Shown here piece by piece: positions 1 through 12,200 of a stretch of DNA of 64,000 bases. Both the position numbers and the translations under genes were made by a program. The stretch's first letter is position 1; each line of letters begins with the position of its first letter. Under the pieces are notes generated by a model. It was not told where the DNA came from. It saw nothing but the letters and a program-made list of their open reading frames with translations, and did not search any database. Source of the stretch: Diadema antillarum (lineage: Eukaryota); assembly GCF_040938485.1 (NCBI RefSeq), contig NW_027271172.1:1054001-1118000 (forward strand). The letters are read 5' to 3'.

Positions 1-237
1 ATGCGTAAAAGAGATATCTGGAAAGACTGGGGTAAAATCTCTGAAATATCTTTTGGAGGAGCACACGACGATCCCTTGGAAAGATTTGGTATGCTACGCT
101 CGTCTACAAAAACAGTAAACAGGGGACCTGCGATTTTACTGCGAACGGCGGACTGTGAATTCATCGTCCTTTTACGGAATTTGACGGCTATGAACAGAAT
201 ATATTTAACGCGCTGACGGGGAAAGAAATCTAGCCCG

Positions 238-3200
238 ATGAACCTCGCAAATCAGTCATCGGATTCAAGTTCGAATCTGCTTTTCGTCAATTTTAACCAA
301 GACTATACGTGAGTTACCTTTTCCCTGGTTTCGTATTGCGATCACCAGTGTTTGTACACTGTGTGCGTGTGATCAACGATGTAGGCCTACTGAGTACTGT
401 GCTACAGTGCGCTGGATATTCGCCCCATCCCCAGTGCGCAATGCAGCTGTGCAGTGCTGTGATAATGGTGAAATACATCGTTCGATACATAAAACTAAGC
501 AGTGATGCAATCGCAATTACACTACACTACAGACTACAGTGACAAAGCTGTACCTCAAGTTAAGCATGTAGTACTATTGCAAGGGTAAACTTGTAAAGAC
601 CGCAGCAGATCTTTTTAGATTAAGCTTTAAGTTTGAGTGAGATTAGTGACAACTGAATTCATGTTCTGCGCTGCATTGGTGGCTCGCAGACGTAGACAGA
701 GAACCACCATGGCCCATGCCCAGGCCATGGCATGACTCTGACTAGACAGAAAGATCCGTCTGTCCGGAGGACTCTTTTACATTTTGCCATTGACGCTGTC
801 CTCCGTAGACAGATGGAAGGTTGCAGTACCCATTGCTGTGTGGATGTTCTTAACCACTGTCTCTATGGAAAATTGGGTGAGGTACAATCTGTACCTCACC
901 CTTCTCGATTGCGTCTAATTCACGGCCCTAGGTCGGCAAATTTAAGCTTGTATGGTGAAATTAGCTTTTTAAGAATACATAAAACTCACCAGATTAATGA
1001 ATAATCCAACATTTTAGTAGAATTTCCAACGTAAAACACAGTCTGTTGCGTCATCACATTCAAACTGCAGAAACATACACTATGAATCTATTAGCCAATC
1101 ACATGCGAGGTAGTTTCTACGTGTTTGTTTTACTAAAACACGTACCTCGCATGTGATTGGCTTACAGATTCAAAATGGCGACTTACTGCTCGCGAACGGC
1201 GATGTACTGCTCGCGAACGGCGATATTGCGATATCGATGAAATTTCTGCGTTATAACCGAGTTTATGTGAGTATTTCGATTGCACAATGTGAGAAATTTA
1301 TCCCAAATATTGCTGCATAATGTGTCATGTCATGTCAAACTTATTTGAACGTAAAAAAGCTGTCTGAAATTTGGTTTATCGTAACGTTTGATCTGTGCGC
1401 TACTGCTCCACACAGGAGCCGCAATCATTGACTTCGGTCTGTATACGGAGGGGATCCGTGAAGCCAGACGCAGTCTCCGCGGAACATTCCCCGACGGACA
1501 GATGCAGACCGATCTTTCGGTCAAGACTCTGACATGACTGACAATGGGGCATCAGTGCTAACGTTAGATCTGCAAACTTAATAACATCAAAATCACAGGA
1601 TATACTAACTACATTTTTGTAGCTTTTTTCCAAGCACTGCTGTAAATTTGAACCAAATCAGTCATCGGGATGCAAGTCATATGATGCATCACGCGTTACC
1701 CCGGCACGGGGTACCACGTTGTGTAGAGCCACCTCACGTCCTCTCAAGGACAGCCGCAGAGAAATGCATGCACTGTGTGTGTGTGTACATGTCATTCCCA
1801 TGCCTCTGCATGTTTTGACCGAAAGATCGGTCTGTATCTGTCCGTCTGGGAATATTCCGCGGAGACTTCGTCTGGCTTCACGGATCCCCTCCATATACAG
1901 ACCGAAGTCAATGATCCCAGCTCCTGTGTGGAGCAACGCGCACAGATCAAACGTTACGATAAACCAAATTTCTGACAGCTTTTTTACATTCAAACAAGTT
2001 TGACATGACATGACACATTATGCAGCAATATTTGGGGTTAATTTCTCACATTGTGCAATCGAAATACTCACAGTAACTCGGTTATAATGCAGAAATTTTA
2101 TCCATATCGCAACATCGCCGTTCGCTAGCTGTAGGTCGCCATTTTGAATCTGTAAACCAATCACATGCGAGGTACGTGTTTTAGTAAAAAAAACACGTAG
2201 AAACTACCTCGCATGTGATTGGCTAATAGATTCATACTGTATGTTTCTGCAGTTTGAACGTGACGACGTGACGGGCTGGTTGATGTGTGTTTTGCGTTGA
2301 AAATTCTACCAAAATATTGGATTATTCATTAATCTGGTGAGTGTAGTCTATTCTTGAATAGTTGATTTAACTATTCAAGCTTAAATTTGCCGACCTAGGG
2401 CCGTGAATTAGACGCAATCGAGAAGGGTGAGGTACCTCACCCAATTTTCTATAGAGTCAGGCTAGTGGTTAAGAACATCCACACAGCAATGGGTACTGGT
2501 ACCTTCCGTCTGTCTACGGAGGACAGCATTAATGGCAAAATATAAAAGAGTCCTCCGGACAGACAGATCTTTCTGTCTACTGCATGTTATACTATGCGTG
2601 CATGGTATGCTGTGCTAGCAATAGCGTGTGCTTCAGTGCAGTGCAGTGCAGTACAGTGCAGTGGCTACATGTAGCGTGCGCTAGCTCCAGCACCAAAATA
2701 ATTTCCACTTTTTGGCAACCCAGGGTACAACCTTAAAAAATAAATAAATAATTCAACAAAATGGCTGATTTTTATTTGGTACCCTGGGATATCATTCATG
2801 TCATCATATGTCGATGACCAGATAACACTACTTTTCATGAGCCTCTTCCTAATTTAATTGGGATTTGGGATTGCGGCATATGCAGCCTGCACACTCACAA
2901 TAAAACTAAATAAAGGGCAGATGGGCAGTGTGTGATCATAGCAACAGCATATCATCAGCAGAAGTTCATATCAGATGTCCTTAAATGCAAACCCACTGTT
3001 TACATTTCCGGTATCTGTCTAGCAGTGAGTAGCAACACAATTTTCTTCTTTCTCTCTTTTCAGTTAAAAATAGTTATCAAATGCTTCAGTCAATAGTAAC
3101 CAAATAAGTCTTGTGACATGATCATACTTCACACTGACAGCAACTTTACGCTTCTTAGTGAAAGTATGCTATCTAGAATAGAAAAGGGCTTTGAGAAATG

Positions 3201-6200
3201 AAGAAAAGCGTCTGAATTTGCATGATTTCATCTGATACTCTGCCTTTAAGATGAAGAATTGGTTAAAAGCTGGCATGAAAAATTAATGCAAACTTGCATT
3301 TATCTCCTTGTGAATTTTACCTCACCAACTAGATGAGATACTCCTTGAACTGCAATTTATTTTGTTGACTGATTTTTTTTTTCCATTTTTGTATGTGTTG
3401 TTAATAGTAATGTTTAAAAGTGGCTGGATGGTCTAGGAAAGAATCCATTATAAGGTTGATTTGGCATTTCTGTTTAAAACTCTCTATTAAAGATTTAAAT
3501 TTTTGGCTAGAGTTTCCATTTATTTTGTGATTTCATAGTGACTTGTTATTTGATCTCGTCCTCAAAATACAACTTAAGTCCTACAACTTCAAGTTCATAA
3601 AATGTCAGTATGAAGTATTTTTCAGCAAGAGAATCATGTTTTACTGTACATGATGTGAATGGTCTGGGCAGATTTTTAGAATGAGAATTTCTGTGTAACA
3701 TACCTGAAGAGACGACAGATTGAAGCTGTCAAGTAGGTTGTGGTATGATTTACGAGAACGCATGATGCAAAATATGGTGCCAACCATGGTAGATCCTCAT
3801 GGCAAAATCTTGATATCATGATTATTGTTTGTGAGCCATGATAAGTTCAGAATTCTGGAGATATGATTTCAAAATATGTATTCATGTGACCATCTAAACA
3901 TTTATTCATCTCACACAAATCTTCATTAATGCCAAATGAATCCTATTGTGATTCATTTGTGATTTTGTTGAAGTCATCATTATGTAGATGTAGGGATTAG
4001 TGGAATAAAAATAACATTGAATTTTTAGCTCTAGCAACGTACATTTTCAAACAATAATTTTATCTTATCATTGATTCAACATACCGGTACTATAGAGCAT
4101 GACATTTTTGCAGCATGAAATTTTCAGCATTCAATGCAGATACAATTGTAGTGTCGACAGGAACTTTAGCTTGCAATTTAATTTCATAAATCTTGGTATT
4201 CATGAAAGTTGCAAAATTACAATGCACACACACATTTCGGTTTTACAGTACACAAGTATAGGCCTACGTAGCTGCTACAAAAAGTATAGGATGGTGCAGG
4301 TTTCTGTTATTGTCACATTTGGTGGGTACTTCAATAATGAAACTGCAGTGACAAATGTGTTTTGTCAAGACAGACTTCAGCATTGAGCATGAACTGAGCA
4401 TGCAGTAGGTCTCACTTGCAGTGTAATGCATCATTTGAAAGGGTTGTATTACGGGTTATCAACATCTAGCATCTGTGGTCAACATATTAATACTAAAAAA
4501 AAAAATACAGCATACCCATAGTCAATTCAAGAAATTATTTTAATGTATTCCAAATCTGATTGAATTAATGCATCATGATTGAGTATATTGTAGATATGAG
4601 ACCCTAAAAATGTAATTTTTATCAGTCACCAAGAATATCCCAAGATTACTCCATAGTGATGTCAATTATTTACCAACATTTTCATACATACATGTACATT
4701 GTACTTCACATTACAAGTACATGTGCATATACACGTGTACGTATTTGTATATATGGGTGTACATGGGCCTTATCTTGCCCATCACAATGGTTGTTACACA
4801 AAATAGACTCATTGTGACTTTGATGAAATTCTCACCTGACAAGTTTGCTGTTCAAACATAGTGTAGAATTCTATTGGTACTTCAGGGCGGCTGATGTTAC
4901 CAATAGCTTATAAAGTGGACCTTATTCTTATGTTGATGCTTCAAATAATGACTTTCACATTTGCAGGAAATAGAATGAAGTTCATGTTACAGCCGTTTTC
5001 AATGCTAATCATGTAGCCAGTTGTTGCCAAAATGGAATGAGTGTTATTCTGATGTTCTCAATCACAAAATTGTTGTCAGTTAAGTTGAATGGGAAGTACG
5101 ACAACTACAAACTTTGATGTCTTGAACTGTAAGGTACTATATGGTAATTTGAAATTCTGTCTCTTAATTATTTTGTCCTACATGTATAGAATAAAAGAGT
5201 TTCTTTACCATTTTCATCAGCATTGCTGTGTAATTCAAAACTATTGATGTTTGTACTTGATGAACAATGATCCTAAATGGGTCTTTTTCACACAATTTCT
5301 GAAATTGTACTGTCTGGTTCTCTTTCTGTTTTCATCCTTTCCTTCTTTTCTGCAGTTCCCTGGCAGTTGGGACAAAGAACAGCTACCGGCTGTTTTCTCT
5401 TACATCTGTAGACAAGCTAGAGCAGATTTATGAACATGGTAATATGCACATTAGTGAGTGACCTCACTAAACACTTGTTATACATGTAGATATATGGTAT
5501 CTTTGTTGTAATAGAAACTGGTATAATTCTATAATTTTTTGATGATTAAAGATAATATAAAGTTTCGGTACCTCAAAAGTTTCCCTGAATTTCCTTGTCT
5601 TAGTTTGTGTTTCAGGTTAAAGTACCTTTCATATAACTAACACTGTGAGACTTACTCGCCCCAAAGTGCTCTCATGTCTAGTAATCATGCAATTAACTGC
5701 GACCAGCAGCCCCATACGCATAGCGTAATGGGGCTTCGCATTGTAGCATTCAGGATCATGACAGATTTAGTATCGCGGGTAAATATAAACGTAAAATCCA
5801 AAAATTTCTTCAATTTGAAGACTTACCAATTAAGTTGAAATATTGAAAACAGGCTTCGGGCAACGTTTGGTTCTGCCAATAAATAGTCCCTTTCTGTTCG
5901 AAATGATGACTGAATGTGACTCGGTCGAGAGGACCTTGGGAGAGCTACATACACTGAATACTACAGCCAGCGCATGCGCACACATCACATGCGCACAAAT
6001 TTCAAATCCATGAACGGATAAGATGCTTGTGTGTGCATGCGCCGGCCGTCAATTCAGTGTAGCTCTCCCAAGGTCCTCTCAACCGAGTCACATTCAGTCA
6101 ATATTGAACAGAAAGGGACTATTGGCAAAACCAAATGTTGCCCGAAGCCTGTTTTCAATACTTCAACTTAACTGGTAAGTCTTCAAATTGAAGAAATTTT

Positions 6201-9200
6201 TTGGATTTTAAGTTGATATTTACCCGCGATACTAAATCTGTCATGATCCTGAATGCTACAATGCGAAGCCCCATTTAGCTATGCGTATGGGGCTGCTGGT
6301 CGCAGTTCGCTATGCGAATGGGGCTGCATGCTGCTGGTCGCAGTTCTCATGCAATAATGCATGTGAATGGTTTCGTACAATACGTGTACTACCTCGCCGC
6401 CGTACGGCGGCAGCTCTGGTACGAAACCATTATTGCATGATTACTAAGACATGAGAGCACTTCGGGGCGAGTAAGTCTCACAGTGTTAGTTATATGAAAG
6501 GTACTTTAACCTGAAACACACACTAAGACAAGGAAATTCAGGGAAACTTTTGAGGTACCAAAACTTTATGATCTTTAAGCATTCAAAAAGAAAGATGATC
6601 TCTGTAGGTCTTGATCTTCAACAATTATGAACCAATCTGTCTCATTCAAAGATTTTCTCATATCTTCATCGAATATCTTTCCTTATGTCAGCATGTCTTG
6701 TACAAAATGTTTTTTTTTTTTTTTATTCTGGATAATGAAGTTTCAGACATCTTATGTATGTCAGTTTGCTGAAGATCTGAAGTAAGACTTTCATTAGGAA
6801 ATTCTCTGCTATGGTTGTTGTGGTATGCGTCATGTTACACTATGCCCTTCATAGCTTGCATGGTCTTCAGGATACATCTAAAAAAAAGATCCAATGACAC
6901 AAGAAGTAATAAATTGAGGTGAAAGTTCTCCAGTCAGTATCACATTAATGGATAATCAATCATGGGTTTTGATTCAGCCAGTGTGCCCTGGTTTCAGGTC
7001 GCATCGCTGTTCTGTACTCCGCCCTCATTTTAGAATTTATCCCCATGTTCTGTTGGCAGAATCGGAAGACATCTGCATCGTGGAGAGGCTCTTCTCCAGC
7101 AGCCTGGTGGCGGTGGTCTCTCTCACGGCACCGCGCAAACTGAAGGTGTGCCACTTCAAAAAGGGCACGGAGATCTGCAACTACAGCTATTCAAACACCA
7201 TTCTTGCTGTCAAGCTGAATCGCAAGGTGAGCAGTCCTTCTCTTCACTGACTATGACTCTTCAGCTTTGATTGTTGATTTTTCATTTTCCTCTTTGTCTC
7301 TACCCTCACCCCATTCTCTCTCCCTCTCACTCAACTGCTCCCCTAGTTTTCTCGTGCACAAGTTACAGGAAGTTGTAGTAAAATAGCAACGAACTTATAT
7401 CAGAATATTTCATGTCGGACCTTTCATAACTTGAATTGTATCAGTCAATTCTCTGTGTAGCTTTCCTCAAAATAATAACATTTAGTGTCACTTCGTGTCT
7501 GGAACATGCATTATCTGCAATCTTGAATATTGATTCATTGCACGTATTAATCATTGATATGTTAATTCCATGCTTATTGTGGAAAGAGATTTGTATACTG
7601 AGCACTTCAAGTTAAGTTTGTACACATGTTTAACAGTCTACATTTATGAAATATTCAGTATGTTTGCATGCCTGCCAACTGATCAATTTTAATCCGAATA
7701 TTCAGATTTTGCACTGAAAGAAAACACATTAATTTCAGTGTGTTCTGATTTTTTGGAAATATCTGTTAATAGTTATATGAAATTTATGAATGCTCAGATT
7801 TTTAAATAATTTTTCTTTGTTTGTTCAGATTTATTAAGTCTCAGGGTTGGCAGGTATGTGTTTGTATAAAATGTACCGATACCTGAGTCATTATACCAGC
7901 TTCAATTTTAATGTAATAATATCACTAAGAGCAGAATTACTGTATGTTTGGAACTTGACATCTGACAGGTCAGTAAATATTGTAAACCATCTGGTATTCA
8001 AGTGCCACCACTTTTAAATCAAAGTGTGGTTGGTTGCATGTTATCAGTCTTTAGATAAAATATTCGAATACAGAGCCATTATAGTATTTAGATTTAGCTC
8101 TTACCGACCTTTGTTTTCCTTGCATTGCTTGTTCCAAGTTCATGTCTTTTTGTTGTTGCTGCATTGAGCAGTTTAAGGATATCTTTGCCTGCCCATTCAT
8201 TTGACATCAAGAGTATTGCAAGCAATTATATATTAAGAAATAATACGGATTTTTACATCAATCAGTTAACATCTTTGGAATATTCCATTGTATCCAACAC
8301 TGATCTCCTGCCTGAAATCCACTTCTGATGATACTGATGCTCATGAAGTCAACTGTATGCATAATATGTGTGAAATGTGTGGCAGCCCTTCTCTTCACTG
8401 AAGTGGCCTTGCTGACACGTTCAAAGCACACCTTGTTAGGGTGACCTTGTGTTTTAATTTGACTTTTTTCCCCCAACATAGTGGTAGCCAAGGCACTTCA
8501 ACTGACAGAAAATGAGTCATCACATTTTGTTAGCATAGCTCTGTGTTAATCTATTATATGGCTTCGCCTCCCCCCCCCCCCCCTTTGTTAATAAATGGAA
8601 TTACGATGCAATGATAAAAACATTGTTTGGTTTTTAAGTTTTTCTATTGAATCCTGTGAAGATGCATTCTATAATAACACACATGCCCACTCAAAGACAG
8701 ACAGACAGACAGAAAGACATACACACACTCATGTACATGAATAGAGCATGAAAATTTGCTCGTTAGATAGAGACCTGCCCAGTGTATTTGCTCTAACTGA
8801 CTCTGTCTTCAGAGACAAAAACCCATCAAAAGAATTACAGGAGATGGTGAACTCTTCCAACTGCAGGCATAAGGGTATCATTGCAGTTCCCTTTCTATGA
8901 CCCAGGTCTACTCATTTACTGTGCATTTTAATGTGATTCTAGGTTGACTGCAGTGAAATGACTTCAGAATATCATTACTAAATGAGGGTGCACCTGTAAT
9001 GCAAGAGTTTATTGCATGGAACAGAGAACTTTTATGGCATTTGTAAATGTGTATACCCATATTTTCACATTATCATTATACCTTGTAGGCTTGTACATGA
9101 TAAGTTACCTACAGTACAGTGTACATGTACTGGACGTACTGGACAGTTTTAATAGAGTGCTGAGCACATGTATACATTGTGGACAAAAACAGCGTATCCA

Positions 9201-12200
9201 AGAATCTGTCTGACATGTTCAGTGATGATCGATCCCATGGAAACCTGACAGCCCCATGGGTTAACAATAATTGATTTAATGTTAATTTTGACTTGATGTG
9301 CAGGGCTCAAGGGTGGTTGCAACATTTTGATAACTTAGTAACATAATACAATGTACTCCCATTATAACGAAGTCCTCTGGACCGGCATTTTCCTTTTATT
9401 TATATCAAAATTTTGTTACTTATAACCGAACATGTAAACAATAAAGAATATAGAGCCAATGATGTTGTGGCCTGAATTTCTATTTCGTTGTAACCGGAAT
9501 TTTGTTATAACTGTGTTCATTATAACAGGAGTGCACTGTACCTTTATGCAGAGATTGGACAGAACATCACTTTGTGCAATGCTTTTCAATGAAGAGTTTT
9601 CCTCTTAGTCCCATACAAACATGTTTTCATTCGAAATGAACAGAACATTTGATTGCGCTTCCGTATTAACACAGCCTAGATTTTAAGTACTCACTATGTT
9701 GGCCAAGGAATTAGTTAATCATGTATCATTGTCTTCATGTTTGATCAGCTTAAATTCAGCTACATTGTAGTCTGTTCTCTATGTCAGTTTTGCATCAAAT
9801 GGGATCTCAATTTATCACTTATGTGTGTCACCTTGTCTGTGTCCCTGAGTTCAGCTGTCCCAAGGAAGGGCAAACTCCATACAAACTAGATCATGGTTTC
9901 TTTGTGACATTTTAGCTCAACTAGTAGTTCTTGACTCATGAACATACCCGTCTTTGATTACTGTACTTACATATATTGACACTGTACATGTGCTGATTGA
10001 TTGCATTGTAAGCATATCTCTTTTGGTCAGTCGACACTGACCAAATCCCATGGGGGGGGGGGGGGGGGATAATACATGACATCTGTATGATTAGGAATAT
10101 AGGTTAGAAAGCAGCATTGATCTGGCCTGGCAGGTTGACACTGAATTGTTAACACATCTGGGGGAAAAGCATCAGCATCATTATGTACCTGAGGGGTATG
10201 TTTCAAAAGTTCACCTGAATATACACAGTGGGATGTTCATACGGATGTGATAATAACTGCCAGAGGTCTTTAAAATGAAGATTTCATGATAAAGCAATAC
10301 TTTGTAATTATGATGCTACATCGCAAGTCTTATTTCTCTTTCAGACTTAACAAAAATCTGTCACTCCCCTGTTCTTGATGAATTGTCAGACAATGGCAAC
10401 AAAAAAAAAATTGTGATTTAAAGCAATAATTGCTTGCTTTCAATACCTTCCCCCCAACTACCCTCTTTCTACTATGTCACAGTTTAAGATGGAAGAAGGT
10501 GGGGAAGCATAATTTCGGTATTTTAAATGCGTACTTTTTATTATATGCTGACTGCTATTGGCAGGCTTGCAGCACATTATGGATGCATCATGAAATTATG
10601 CACCATTTAGTAGCAAACATCTTTTTTTTTTGACAATTTGATACCAATGTTCATTCTTATAAAGAGAGCACCAGAATCAGGTTGAGTGGTTTGGACAGAA
10701 ATGGTTCTAATTCATCTCTATCAAGAGTATGATTAAAGTTGAATTCCATCAGTTATGCATCTTAGCAAGTAAGAAAGGTCTTTTGCAGTCCAGCACTAGA
10801 TTGTTGCTAAGTAAGTACAATTGTATGATGCACAGTTTTGCTAACTATTTTTTGCATAAAATGTTGTGTGATATGAGACTGTTCTAATTGCTAAATGCAA
10901 ATTTTTAATTATGCTGTTGTTTGCCATTGTCTTACTTTCAGAGATTAATAGTTGCACTTGAGGAGAGCTTGTATGTTCACAATATTCGAGACATGAAGGT
11001 ACTACACACCATACGGGACACGCCCCCCAACCCAAACGGACTCTGCGCACTCTCCATCAACAACGACAACTGCTACTTGGCCTATCCAGGCAGCAGCCAG
11101 ATTGGGGAGGTGCAGATTTTTGACACGGTCAACCTCCAGGCGGTCACCATGATCTCTGCCCACAACAGCCCACTGGCCGCGCTGGCATTCGATACACTCG
11201 GCACCAAGCTAGCCACTGCTTCTGAAAAGGTACGTGCTCAGAAATGATACACTATTTATCAAGAAACACACTATCAATGGAATTTTGTTTTGAAGTACAG
11301 AAGAAAAAAATAAGAAAATGAAGTACTACAATATTCCACCGTTAATGTGTGATATGTGGGAGTCTTTAACCTCTTTTACATCTCGCTGAAGCACTAGATA
11401 TGGCCAAACTGAGCAGGTACCTATATTACAGAGGATACTGTCAGCCAAAATCTAGCAGTAAAGCTGTCAGAGAAGGTGATTTTTGGCTTTATAAGGCTGT
11501 CATCACTCACCATGTACACTTCAAGCTCTCATTGTAGTTGTGATCTAGCTGTTGTCCTGGAAAAATTGAAAAGTAAATAGAAAAAAATTAATCTGTTTGA
11601 GCTCAGGTGTCTATAGACTTCCTGGTTCCTTAATGTTTAAATTACAAATGATATAATGCTAATTTATGAGGACCTAAAACTTCATTAATGTCATTAATGT
11701 TGATTTTCAGGTATCCATGATTTGGGCAAGTTGTAATTCTGTGGATGGTGTTCATATTTTGTGCAGGATTTCCTTCTGAGATACACGTACATCTGTCCTG
11801 CACAAAAGGTGACAGAAGTTAGTGAAACAGTATGTGTTGTTTAGTTTAGATACTGTAGGTGGCCAATCATTGTTCCATTGCAGTCACTGGGGGCACAGTT
11901 TCAGTATGCCTGTAATAGTTCTAGTAAATATGAACATTCCCCCTTTTCAGGCACCTAAGTCTGACATGATGTCATCTTCTGAGAGAAAAACAGCAAAACC
12001 AACACTCTCCCTCTTCCCTCACCCTCCCCACACACACACATAGTCAGAAACGCAAGTCGGAGAAGAATGGTATTCAGCATGCATTCAAAAGTTCTAATGG
12101 TTTTATGTTGATGAATCCATGTGAATGATTCAATGTTTGATCTTTTGCAGGGTACGGTCATCAGGGTGTTCTCTATCCCGGAGGGCAAGAAGCTCTTTGA

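Noticed and set aside
1-216. 71-aa ORF at the window start
   Set aside because: No recognisable homology; lies in the WIPI2 promoter/5' UTR. Only its last ATG is kept as a uORF candidate.
743-6578. Idea that repeats flanking WIPI2 exon 2 drive circRNA formation
   Set aside because: The intron 1 and intron 2 foldbacks are unrelated to each other and each pairs internally, so they do not provide cross-exon complementarity.
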